A DNA stretch of 64,000 bases from Candidatus Micrarchaeota archaeon (GTDB taxonomy: Archaea > Micrarchaeota > Micrarchaeia > Micrarchaeales > CABMGC01): the NCBI GenBank assembly GCA_964501245.1, contig CAZCSE010000001.1, positions 27,020-91,019 of the forward strand. Direction: 5' to 3'. Shown here one piece after another: positions 26,196 through 35,290 of this stretch. The notes beneath the pieces were generated by a model. It worked only from the letters and a program-made list of their open reading frames with translations. It ran no database searches and was not told the DNA's origin. Position 1 is the first letter of the stretch. Each line of letters opens with the position of its first letter. The translations under genes and the position numbers were made by a program.

Positions 26196-26963
26196 TCACC
26201 TTGCCAGTATGAAGACAGGTTCTTTTGCGAACTTGCCTCCTTTTGGGCTTTTGCCTTCCCAACCATCATAGACATATGCCTTTAAGCCATTCCTCTTTGC
26301 AATCGCCTTTACCTGATCCACTCCGATAAGGTATTTTGCGGTGAATATGTCGCTGCTCTCAGCCGATATGCCTTTGCCGTTTGCTCTTATCGATACGGAA
26401 TAGGTGAATCCTGAATTTTTGGGCTCGCCGCACTGCCTGTGGTTAAGAAAGCTGTATTTTGTGTCCTTCTCCCCTATCAGCTTGCCATCATACTCATTGG
26501 TAGAATCCCTCTGCCAGCTGTCCAATGACAAGGGATTGTCGAACATTATAATCCCGCTTTTGTTCAGATGATTTGCCATGTTCTTTATCGTCTTTTCCAG
26601 CTCCTTCCTAAGGTCGTCTCCATGGTCGATCGCACATATTGAAACTATCATGTCGTACTTTTCATCTGTCTTGAACTTTCTCATGTCAGCCTTGAAGAAC
26701 TTTAGTTCAGGGTAGTTATCCCTTGCCTTTGCCACATTTTCCTTGCTTATATCCACTCCAGATATGGCATACTTGTTTTTTAGATATGGTATCAGAGGCG
26801 CATTTCCGAATCCAACGTCAAGCATCTTTCTTCCTTTGCCCTTGAGGAAGCGTTTGTTTGCATTATTTATGAAGCGTGCCTTTGCCATTATGTCCTTTTT
26901 GTATTCTTCGCTCTTTTCAAATTTGTATCTTGAAAAGAAATGCTTTGATATTCCCTTTTTCAT
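26196..26963 (-). CDS. class I SAM-dependent methyltransferase with C-terminal extension
   Basis: 255 aa. Motif I MLDVGFGNA; GVDIS; FKADM; YDMIVS. Confidence 0.75.
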   Translation of the reverse strand: MKKGISKHFFSRYKFEKSEEYKKDIMAKARFINNANKRFLKGKGRKMLDVGFGNAPLIPYLKNKYAISGVDISKENVAKARDNYPELKFFKADMRKFKTDEKYDMIVSICAIDHGDDLRKELEKTIKNMANHLNKSGIIMFDNPLSLDSWQRDSTNEYDGKLIGEKDTKYSFLNHRQCGEPKNSGFTYSVSIRANGKGISAESSDIFTAKYLIGVDQVKAIAKRNGLKAYVYDGWEGKSPKGGKFAKEPVFILAR

Positions 26964-26997
26964 TTTTGCACCTTATTTTGCATAAATTTGCAGGTAT

Positions 26998-27585
26998 TTA
27001 ATCATGGCCTGTATCCGCGCTAAGTTTCCTGCCAAGCTCTTCGTAATGTAATTTAGTCTTTGTTCTGGAGTATAACACCTCCCATTCTTTGTCATCAAGC
27101 TCTGCGATTGGTTTTGTCTCTCCGTCTGGCACAAATATCCTTTCTAAGGAATACCCCACGCGCCTGGTTCCTAGACTAATGGTATCCACTATTGTCCCAG
27201 TCATAGTGCTTGGGATAAGAGAGAATTCATTGGTTTTAGAATTATAGAACACTAATTCACTTACAAAACGTGCTCTGCGGTTTTTTTCACCGTTCATCAG
27301 CCTGAGGAATTTCTCTTCTCCAAGTGCGTACATTGTTGGTTTTAAAAGAGCACCTGGAAAATCTGCCAGAGCATCGATGTAAAGACCTGAATCATCTACT
27401 ATAAAATTCTCCTTGAAGGTCTTGGCAACCTGCTTTGCCTTGTCCATTACGACATCGTCTAAATTAATGGTTTGCAGTTCAGAAAGCTCCATCTTGCGCT
27501 GCTCCATGGTTATCCCGTATTTGGATAATACATCGCAGGCTATTTTGAACTTTACATTGTTCGTAGTCACGAATGTTATTTTCAT
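26998..27585 (-). CDS. Ham1/ITPase-family NTP pyrophosphatase homolog (paralog 2)
   Basis: 195 aa. ITFVTTNNVKFK, VDDSGLYIDALADFPGALLKP. The C-terminal FGYDPIF and SHR motifs are replaced (GYSLERIFVPDG; KLHYEEL). Confidence 0.7.
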   Translation of the reverse strand: MKITFVTTNNVKFKIACDVLSKYGITMEQRKMELSELQTINLDDVVMDKAKQVAKTFKENFIVDDSGLYIDALADFPGALLKPTMYALGEEKFLRLMNGEKNRRARFVSELVFYNSKTNEFSLIPSTMTGTIVDTISLGTRRVGYSLERIFVPDGETKPIAELDDKEWEVLYSRTKTKLHYEELGRKLSADTGHD

Positions 27586-27594
27586 ATTATCGCT

Positions 27595-28188
27595 TTAAGG
27601 GTTATTTTCTGAGAACCACTCTCCGAACTTATAGAAATGGTCGTCCTTTCTTGATTCTTCAAGAGTCCTGGCCCAGTCATTGTCATCCATCTCTGCCAAT
27701 GTTTTATCGAAATTATCAGGTATGAATATGCGCGCGACTTTCCAGCCTCGCGTGTTATTTCCCCGTTCCTCTTCTGAGATCCTGCCTTTGTAGATCCCTG
27801 TAAATAGCTTCTCAGTCTTTGATACAGGATCGTAATACGCCATCACGCTCTTTACGTATGCAGACCTGTTTTCTTCTCCAGAGAGCATCTTCAGCAGATG
27901 GCCATCTCTTATCGTATCCATTACAGGCTTGAGCAGCGCACCAGGGAATCCATTAAGCTGGTCTATGTAAAGGCCTGAATCCTCTACGAAAAAGGGCTTT
28001 TTTATCACCCCTTCAAGCTGCCTTGCCTTATGCAGGGCCACCTCTTCCACATCAAGGGACTGTATTTCCGAAACCGATGCGGTTTGCTGTAGTATATTGA
28101 TGCCATATCTGTTGAGCCTCTCATTGGCCATCTCTACCTTTCCCTTGTTTGATGTTACGAATACTATATCGATTTTCATAATGACCAC
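27595..28188 (-). CDS. Ham1/ITPase-family NTP pyrophosphatase homolog (paralog 1)
   Basis: 197 aa. IVFVTSNKGKVE, VEDSGLYIDQLNGFPGALLKP. The C-terminal motifs are diverged (GWKVARIFIPDN; DDHFYKF). Confidence 0.75.
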   Translation of the reverse strand: MVIMKIDIVFVTSNKGKVEMANERLNRYGINILQQTASVSEIQSLDVEEVALHKARQLEGVIKKPFFVEDSGLYIDQLNGFPGALLKPVMDTIRDGHLLKMLSGEENRSAYVKSVMAYYDPVSKTEKLFTGIYKGRISEEERGNNTRGWKVARIFIPDNFDKTLAEMDDNDWARTLEESRKDDHFYKFGEWFSENNP

Positions 28189-28277
28189 ACCTCACCGGAA
28201 AATATTACATGCAATGCGGTTGTAGATATAACGCACTTCCGCATATATATCTGATTCCTGATTTAAATGGCTTGCCA

Positions 28278-29051
28278 TCATGGCTCCTGGTAGAAGGTCC
28301 TTAAAGAGTGGGTTAGTGCAAGTAACTTCATGGAATTGCTCTCATCCAACCTTTGAAATCTCTTGGTTTTCCCATACCAAAGAGGTGCAAGGAATAATCC
28401 TGTGGGATAAGTCCTTTTGCTTATCTGAGTAATAGGATATGTGTGTTCAAAGTAAGATATGAAGAAAAATAAGTACCTGTATATCCATTCAATATAATCC
28501 GCTTTTTCCTTCTTAGAAAAACCTGCAACATTTAGGGATTTATCATTTTTAGTTATTGCCTGCTGGAACTCTACTGTGTTAAGAGGAGTCTTGCCGATTA
28601 AAGGCACTGCCGCCCACTGAGGATCAAGCATGACCCATTTCCCATAATCGTCAAGATATGCTTCTACAACCAGATGGCCTCCCGGATGTCTTATTGTCTC
28701 TATATTTTTTACCATGAGTGATATGGTGCGTGCCTTTATACCCATGGCCAATAGGCATGCCTTTAGAACCACCGCGTATTCAACACACCTGAATCTCTCT
28801 CCTTTTGCAGCTCTTTCAAGAAGCCATATCGGATCCACATTTCCGGGATTGTTACGTCCGTCATGCTTCCATCTCCCATGTGTCCATTTGCATAGCCTGA
28901 TGGCAGTATCAAGGTCATCCTTGGATCCTGAAACGACTTTGTCCAGCTTGTACGTCTTCCTTAGCTTTGTCAGATAGCTATTTCTTGGGCCACTGAAACT
29001 GTAGTTGTATCTTTTGAAGCTGTTATCAAATTTAAGCTTCTGTCTCTTCAT
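28278..29051 (-). CDS. transglutaminase-like cysteine protease-fold protein
   Basis: 257 aa. Cys-His-Asp pattern: FRCVEYAVVLKACLLAMGIKART ... GGHLVVEAY ... WVMLDPQW. Confidence 0.7.
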   Translation of the reverse strand: MKRQKLKFDNSFKRYNYSFSGPRNSYLTKLRKTYKLDKVVSGSKDDLDTAIRLCKWTHGRWKHDGRNNPGNVDPIWLLERAAKGERFRCVEYAVVLKACLLAMGIKARTISLMVKNIETIRHPGGHLVVEAYLDDYGKWVMLDPQWAAVPLIGKTPLNTVEFQQAITKNDKSLNVAGFSKKEKADYIEWIYRYLFFFISYFEHTYPITQISKRTYPTGLFLAPLWYGKTKRFQRLDESNSMKLLALTHSLRTFYQEP

Positions 29052-29132
29052 CCGGTCTTCCTCCCATTTATCAATCTTAATTTATGGATAATAAACCTTT
29101 GTTATCTTCTCCATGTTTCGCAAGTAGCGAAC

Positions 29133-29672
29133 CTATCTGCTATCGTTTAGTTTTAGTTCCTTATATGTGTGTATGTCTATACCGTTTTCAGCATAAATCT
29201 TTGCCACGCTTATGTTGCCTTTGTTTTTTGCGACTATCCTTAGTTCCTTTATTACATTGTTTATCGTCTCTTCCTGCGGTGCTTCTACCTCCATTACAGG
29301 AGATATCATTGGCCAATAGTCTAGGGTTATCTCTGCGTCCTTATATTTGTAAGTCACCCTCCTGTTTTCCTGATAATAGTAGTTCGGTATGATTTTCTTG
29401 AACATTTCTGCTGCAACATCAAAATCATTTATCTCAGTTTCAAGTTCCTCAGTGTTGGATAGACCGGTGCCTTTGCGGTATTTGTAAGCCAAAGTGGTTT
29501 TGACCCCATCCGTACGTATTCGTATGAATTCATCTATACCACTCTTATCATCACTTAAGTCGAACACCCACCGCCTTTGGACCCTGTCTGAAAGCTTTGC
29601 CGCTCTTTCTTCAAGTATACTTAACACTTCTTTCTCATCGAAGTCAGTCAGTTTTGTCTCTATTTCTTTCAT
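29133..29672 (-). CDS. CYTH-domain protein (triphosphate tunnel metalloenzyme / class IV cyclase-like)
   Basis: 179 aa. N-terminal ExExK (MKEIETK), IRIRTDG..TTLAYK, ITLDYWP...VMEVEA. Confidence 0.75.
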   Translation of the reverse strand: MKEIETKLTDFDEKEVLSILEERAAKLSDRVQRRWVFDLSDDKSGIDEFIRIRTDGVKTTLAYKYRKGTGLSNTEELETEINDFDVAAEMFKKIIPNYYYQENRRVTYKYKDAEITLDYWPMISPVMEVEAPQEETINNVIKELRIVAKNKGNISVAKIYAENGIDIHTYKELKLNDSR

Positions 29673-29699
29673 AATTACACATTTTGCAGCAGCAGATAG

Positions 29700-30296
29700 T
29701 TATGATATTTTTATCCCTAGCTTTTTCATATTCTCCTTCATGCCATAAAGACTGTCAAATAATATGGTATTAATTCCAAGCTCTCTTGCTACTGAAAGGT
29801 TTTCATCAGTATCTTCTATGAAGAGCATCTCATTATATTCAAATCCTGTTTTTTCCTTTACAAACTCGTATACGCGTTTATCAGGTTTCCTATAATGTAT
29901 TCTGGACGAAGGGAATTCAAAGTCAAAAAAGTTGTTTCCAAGTTGTGAGACCACATACATATACCTATTTTCCTCATTGTTTGTTAAACTGGCCAACTTG
30001 TAGTTCCTTTTAAGCGACCGGATAAACTCCACATTTTGATCGTATATCTTTAGATTTTCTTTGTAATACTCTAGGAACCTGATTTGACTAATATCTAAAC
30101 CAAGTCCTTCTGCAATTAATCTTTCAGCTTCTTGAAGACTTATTGCAGATATTGAGAGCTTTATCGTAATCGGTTTTACAACACTTACTACTTCATCTTT
30201 GTCCTTCCCGGAAACCTTGCAAAGATAATCGATATACCCCCCACTTGTGTTGTTGTTTATTATTCCACCCATATCAAAAAGTATTAGTTTTATCAT
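29700..30296 (-). CDS. HAD-superfamily hydrolase
   Basis: 198 aa. Motif I LILFDMGGII (DxG variant), SLTNN, FIEDTDENL. Confidence 0.7.
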   Translation of the reverse strand: MIKLILFDMGGIINNNTSGGYIDYLCKVSGKDKDEVVSVVKPITIKLSISAISLQEAERLIAEGLGLDISQIRFLEYYKENLKIYDQNVEFIRSLKRNYKLASLTNNEENRYMYVVSQLGNNFFDFEFPSSRIHYRKPDKRVYEFVKEKTGFEYNEMLFIEDTDENLSVARELGINTILFDSLYGMKENMKKLGIKIS

Positions 30297-30517
30297 CTTC
30301 TCACATTAGACTTCGCACTGTTCTTTTTTAGCTGTTGCGTGTGATCAGGTTTATTGCTAATAGAAAGTAAGGTATGGCAGTGCCTTTAATGTAATACAGA
30401 ATACCTTCTTTTATAGACATTTTTCTTTTAGTTTCCACACGCGGATGGATGACTGTTGAGATTACCTTTTTATAGTCACTTATGAATAACAGCCCATCAC
30501 CACACTATAGCATTATA

Positions 30518-32638
30518 TTAGAGTTTAATATGGTTATTAATATACTGAATAGCTTCTTTCCTGATCTTACTCCTGCTTTTGCCGTCCTTTGAGAGTTTTG
30601 ACATTGTTTTTTCAAGCTTGTCATAGAACTCAGGGCCTGTGGCCTTTAATGACTTGAACTTAGGGTATGACTCCAGACGCCACTCCTTCAGCTTGTTATA
30701 GTATTTAACTGCAGAATTAAACGTGGTTTTCTGCCTTTGGCTTAATCTTTTTAGATCCATATGGCCTTTTGAGTCTACCATCTCCAAGAAGTCTGTTATA
30801 TCCTTGCCCATCGGACCCAGAATAGGCTTTAGCTTTCCATCCAAAGAGGTTATCCCGTATCCTTCACAGATCAATTCATTTACTAGAGTATAGCACCATT
30901 CTGCATATATGAGCTTTGATAATCTTTTTAGATAGTCTTCCCTTCTCTCTCCTGATATTTTGTCATACTGGACCATCGACTCTGCAGCCTCTTTTAGAAG
31001 AACTCTGGATATCTTTTCAACTCTCTCTGGATTGCACGATCTTGCTGAGTCTATTGCAGACTCTGTCAGGCTGTTTAGTACCTTATTCTTCTTGTATTCA
31101 TAATATAGATGGCAGATGGAGTTTTTTGGAGCACCACCGATCTTAATCTCCTTGCCTTCCCCATATGCCTTTCCGAATAAATGTCTGATCTCATTCTTGT
31201 CAAGTTCGTCGTATGAGTAATAGATCAGCCTGTCCTCAAATTCTTCATAATATATGTCTTTCTTGGCAAGTTTTAACGTTTTGTCAAAATCGTAAAGATA
31301 ACTGTAATCAAGGCTTCTTTTTGCGCTGATTCCTGAAGAGGCACTGCCCAAGTATACTGCACCATTAGTCCCGTCAACCACCACTTTATTGCCATCCTTT
31401 ACCTTCCCCATTATGCCTTCTATACCTACTACGCATGGTATTCCAAGCTCTCTGGCCACTATGGCAGCGTGTGATAGGACCCCGCCATCTTGGGTTACTA
31501 TGGCTTTTACCCCTTTAACTGACTCTGTTGAGTATTCTGTATCAAGGACATCTAAAACAAGCACTACGCCCTTAGGTATAAGCTCTCCAGGGTTTTTTAT
31601 CTTCTTTACCTCACCAGCAGCTATTCCTGCTGATGCAGGGTAGCCCATCAGTGCCTTTCCTGCATTGCTTATAATCGCTTGTGCAGTAGTATGCTTCCTT
31701 CCGGTAGTTATGCTCCTGCTCTGGAGTATGTATATTGTCCCATCCTTTACCGTCCACTCTATATCCTGCGGTAATCCGAAGGTCTTCTCTATCTCAAGGC
31801 CCATCCCTGCAAGCTTATACAGGATTGGCTTTGGAAGACTCCTGACAGAGCTTGGATTGATGTCAGATATGCTGGTGCCTCCATCGGCATGAGGCACAAA
31901 TATCTTCTTCTGCGTAACGTATTCTGAAGTTTCCATCTTGCGGCTCTTATTGTCAAACACAAATTTGCTTGGAGTTATCCTTCCTGAGACCATGCCCTCA
32001 TTGAGGCCCGCTATGGCTTCTATTATGGTCTTGTCAGCAAAATTTACAGGATTGCGCGTAAACATTACTCCTGAATAGCTGCCAACAATCAGCTCTTGGA
32101 TTACCACTGCCATTTTTACCTTGTGTATAGGTGTGCCGGTTTCTTTGCAGTATGATATCACTTCAGGGCTGTAGGTAGAGCTGTAAACTTCCTTTATAGC
32201 ATTTGCCACTTGCTCTATACCAGTTACATTGATCACTGTCCTGAATCTTCCTGCAAAACTGGCTTTCTCAGAGTCTTCAGCTGTTGCTGAACTCCTCACT
32301 ACAAGATTATGCCCAATCATTCCTGATTCTTCTAATTTCCTTTCGAGGCTTTTAAGTGTAATTTCAGGGATTGCAGATTTAGATAAAGCCGTTTTAAGAT
32401 CCGTGATTTTATCCATTGTTTTAGTCTGCTTATCCAATATCTTTGACAGCCCGTTTTGTTCCAAGTACTCATCAAAGATACGCGTAGTTAGTATTACTCC
32501 GCGAGGGACATTAAAATTCTTGGATAGGATAAACAGCGCTTGTCCTTTACCGCCAAATTCATCTGCACTTACCGCCAATCCTTTTGACTTCTTGCCAAGC
32601 TTTATTGGTATTAACTGCATTGAATCCGATCTGACCAT
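30518..32638 (-). CDS. PEP-utilising-enzyme family protein (ATP-grasp PPDK_N + phospho-His swivel domain) with novel C-terminal domain
   Basis: 706 aa. GGKGQALFIL..NVPRGVILT, VVRSSATAEDSEKASFAGRF, MAVVIQELI..SGVMFTRNP, PQDIEWTVKDGTIYILQSRSIT, GGVLSHAAIVARELGIPCVVG (catalytic His). The last ~265 aa show no PEP/pyruvate-barrel motifs. Confidence 0.8.
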   Translation of the reverse strand: MVRSDSMQLIPIKLGKKSKGLAVSADEFGGKGQALFILSKNFNVPRGVILTTRIFDEYLEQNGLSKILDKQTKTMDKITDLKTALSKSAIPEITLKSLERKLEESGMIGHNLVVRSSATAEDSEKASFAGRFRTVINVTGIEQVANAIKEVYSSTYSPEVISYCKETGTPIHKVKMAVVIQELIVGSYSGVMFTRNPVNFADKTIIEAIAGLNEGMVSGRITPSKFVFDNKSRKMETSEYVTQKKIFVPHADGGTSISDINPSSVRSLPKPILYKLAGMGLEIEKTFGLPQDIEWTVKDGTIYILQSRSITTGRKHTTAQAIISNAGKALMGYPASAGIAAGEVKKIKNPGELIPKGVVLVLDVLDTEYSTESVKGVKAIVTQDGGVLSHAAIVARELGIPCVVGIEGIMGKVKDGNKVVVDGTNGAVYLGSASSGISAKRSLDYSYLYDFDKTLKLAKKDIYYEEFEDRLIYYSYDELDKNEIRHLFGKAYGEGKEIKIGGAPKNSICHLYYEYKKNKVLNSLTESAIDSARSCNPERVEKISRVLLKEAAESMVQYDKISGERREDYLKRLSKLIYAEWCYTLVNELICEGYGITSLDGKLKPILGPMGKDITDFLEMVDSKGHMDLKRLSQRQKTTFNSAVKYYNKLKEWRLESYPKFKSLKATGPEFYDKLEKTMSKLSKDGKSRSKIRKEAIQYINNHIKL

Positions 32639-32725
32639 TGAATTTACCTATAATTATTTTATACAGGCATAACTTTATCCGGATTTATTATGTGTATATG
32701 TACCAATATATTCTTTGTGACTGCA

Positions 32726-33304
32726 ATGACTGAAGAAAGCGAGATTGATAGAAGCATCTCTGAAACTATAAGACTATGGAATCAGTCTAAGAGAGAAATT
32801 TTTAGATTGCAGTTACTTAATACTTATTGGGAGGATACAAAAACAGATGCCTTTAAAGAATTCATGAAAGGAAAGCTGATAGACCCTATGGAAAATCCAG
32901 GATTTAAGGATTTTGTTGATGATATAGCTAAAAAAAGGGCTGACGGAGTCAATATAGTAAATATGCAGGTATTAGATTTGCCAATTAGTGATGCTCTGAG
33001 GTTTGGTATAGGCTTCTTGAGAGTTTCAGAAAAAAATGGGCAGAGAAGCTTATTTGTAGAAAGAAAGGACGTTACAGACCTGGTAAAAGGATTTAAGGAT
33101 TTCTATATTTTTGACTCGGAGATAGTGATGAACATTATTTATGATAAAAATTTGGAAGGCAGGTATCTCGGCTCGGAAAAAATCATTACTGATCCAAAAG
33201 AGGTTACTAGATATACCAATCTTAGAGATAAGTTAATTGAGAAAGCTTTTCCTATGGAAGATTTCTTGAAAGAGCATCATATTGATATTTTTAGTAACAG
33301 CTAG
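32726..33304 (+). CDS. hypothetical protein, possibly DUF6879-like
   Basis: Start moved to the ATG at 32726 (MTEESE). The overall pattern (F.L.. ..Y.......F..F..G ... V..L.DLP..D...F....... DFYIFD ... DP..V..Y) recalls DUF6879. Memory-based and weak. Confidence 0.35.
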   Translation: MTEESEIDRSISETIRLWNQSKREIFRLQLLNTYWEDTKTDAFKEFMKGKLIDPMENPGFKDFVDDIAKKRADGVNIVNMQVLDLPISDALRFGIGFLRVSEKNGQRSLFVERKDVTDLVKGFKDFYIFDSEIVMNIIYDKNLEGRYLGSEKIITDPKEVTRYTNLRDKLIEKAFPMEDFLKEHHIDIFSNS

Positions 33305-33323
33305 GCGTTTAAGATCATGCCGT

Positions 33324-33938
33324 TTAATACTTCTTCTGAGTGTTTTTCTTTATTGACTTTTGAATTCTTTGCAGCCCACTTGTTATATCTTTTATATTGG
33401 CCTCATCGAAAAGGATCATTGTTTCATATTCCGCATTTTCTTTTGACTTCTTTATGAGTTTTATAGTGCTGTCTGGCATCGCCCGGTTATTGCCTTTCTT
33501 CGTGTATATGAATCCGATGTTTGCCCATAATTCATCGATCTTCTCTTCAGGTAAACTGCGGATTCTTTTTGCTATATCAGTAAGTTCCTTCTTTGTTATT
33601 GTCTCTCCTGATAGATTGGTAAAACTTTTACTTGCCATTATCTTTCTGCTGATCCCTGCATCTCCTAGGTAATTCAGTTTGCCCACCTGGTTCGTTATCT
33701 TTACTACTACATCGATGCCTTTCTCTAAACACAGTTTTTCAACAAGCTCATATGCGATATTTTCAGATTCTTTAATCTGCAGTATAACCTTGTCAGGCAG
33801 CGCATTGTTGTCTCCTGCTTTCTTGTATATTACACCTGCCCTGAACCAAATCTCATCTATGGCCTCTTTGGGCATCGCAGATATCTGAGTTGAGAGTATG
33901 GAAATCTGATGATCGTGTGTTTTCCCAGATATCTGCAT
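33324..33938 (-). CDS. hypothetical protein with two copies of a ~50-aa [AS][LM]Pxxx[IV]DE[IL]W...G.I....G.N.A domain
   Basis: 204 aa. Internal repeat: AMPKEAIDEIWFRAGVIYKKAGDNNALPDKVILQIKESE / SLPEEKIDELWANIGFIYTKKGNNRAMPDSTIKLIKKSK. Confidence 0.45.
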   Translation of the reverse strand: MQISGKTHDHQISILSTQISAMPKEAIDEIWFRAGVIYKKAGDNNALPDKVILQIKESENIAYELVEKLCLEKGIDVVVKITNQVGKLNYLGDAGISRKIMASKSFTNLSGETITKKELTDIAKRIRSLPEEKIDELWANIGFIYTKKGNNRAMPDSTIKLIKKSKENAEYETMILFDEANIKDITSGLQRIQKSIKKNTQKKY

Positions 33939-34299
33939 TTTATCAACAATATTACTTGTTATGCAGGTTATATTTCTTTGTCGTTTTTCTAGGTTCTATG
34001 ACTGCTGTCATTGTACTCACTCTTGGTTTCTGGATTTTGTAACTTTCAATCTATTAATCATAAGACATAGATATATGTAGATTTACTTTGATATATGAAT
34101 CGGGAAAGATAGAAAAGTATATAAATCATAGATGTCCATGATTATCAAATGGTGTTTGATATGCGCGAAATGAGGCATCTGTAAGGGCAAATCTACTAGC
34201 GCAGCAACGATAATATCAAACAATCTTCTTCTTATACTCCTTGAAACTGCGGAGCGTCAATGATGTTTATCACTATACAGTAAGGATATACCAAATTTC

Positions 34300-35286
34300 A
34301 TGCTTATGGAGAAGATAATAGAAGTTAAGGATGTGATGAAGAGGTTCCGTACCCACGAACACAGGAAGAGCGACAGCTTTTTGGCAAAGCTGATACGCAA
34401 GAGCTATAACAAAACAGCTCTTGACGGCCTGAGCTTCTCTGTGAATGAGGGAGAGATAGTGGCGCTTCTGGGAAGGAACGGGAGCGGGAAGTCCACGCTG
34501 ATAAAGACAATGACGGGGATACTTCACGCGGACAGCGGAAGCGTCAGGGTTGTTGGGATGGACCCGTGGGAGAACAGGATAGCGATAGCTTCGCAGATAG
34601 GGATAGTGCTGGGTGCGCACGGGCAGCTGTACTGGAACCTGCCTGCAATAGACACCTTTGACTTCATACGCTCCGTATACAGGATACCTGAGAAAGAGTA
34701 CAGGAAGCGTCTTGGTGAGCTGCTGGAGATGCTGGACCTGAAGAAGGTTTATAGAAGGCCGGTAAGGACGCTCTCTCTTGGAGAGCAGATGAAGTGCAAC
34801 TTTGTCTCCTCTGTACTGCATAAGCCAAAGATAGTCTTCCTGGATGAGCCCACAATAGGAGTGGACCTGCCTTCAAAGACTGCTCTGCGGTCCATGATCC
34901 TGAATATGCGGAAGAAGTACAATACAACCTTCATAATAACAACGCATCTGGTAGAAGACATAACAATGGCAGAGAGGGTAATACTGATAAACAAGGGCAG
35001 GATGATATTTGACGGGCCGAGGAGTAAGCTTGAGCACCTCTTTGGAGACAGGCGCATGATAGACCTTGAATTTAGTAATACGGCTGGAATGAGGTTCAGC
35101 GGCTATGGGAAGGTCATTGAACATACTGATAACTTCGTCAAGCTTGAGGTAAACAAGAAGGTACTGAAGAGCACCAGCTTCATGCGCATGCTCTCAAGCG
35201 ATAATGTAATAGACTATAAAGTATATGAGCCGGGGCTGAATTTCGTTCTTTCAAAGCTGTACAGGAAGATTGACGGGAAGAGGTGA
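34300..35286 (+). CDS. ABC transporter ATP-binding protein
   Basis: 328 aa. Walker A GRNGSGKST, signature LSLGEQMK, Walker B IVFLDEPT. ~100-aa C-terminal extension. The antisense ORFs are rejected. Confidence 0.85.
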   Translation: MLMEKIIEVKDVMKRFRTHEHRKSDSFLAKLIRKSYNKTALDGLSFSVNEGEIVALLGRNGSGKSTLIKTMTGILHADSGSVRVVGMDPWENRIAIASQIGIVLGAHGQLYWNLPAIDTFDFIRSVYRIPEKEYRKRLGELLEMLDLKKVYRRPVRTLSLGEQMKCNFVSSVLHKPKIVFLDEPTIGVDLPSKTALRSMILNMRKKYNTTFIITTHLVEDITMAERVILINKGRMIFDGPRSKLEHLFGDRRMIDLEFSNTAGMRFSGYGKVIEHTDNFVKLEVNKKVLKSTSFMRMLSSDNVIDYKVYEPGLNFVLSKLYRKIDGKR

Positions 35287-35290
35287 AGGT

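Noticed and set aside
34273-34821. 182-aa minus-strand ORF (plus 34664..34927, 34749..35057, 34873..35124) over the ABC ATPase gene
   Set aside because: The plus frame has Walker A, the ABC signature and Walker B. The antisense products are Pro/Arg/Leu-rich junk.
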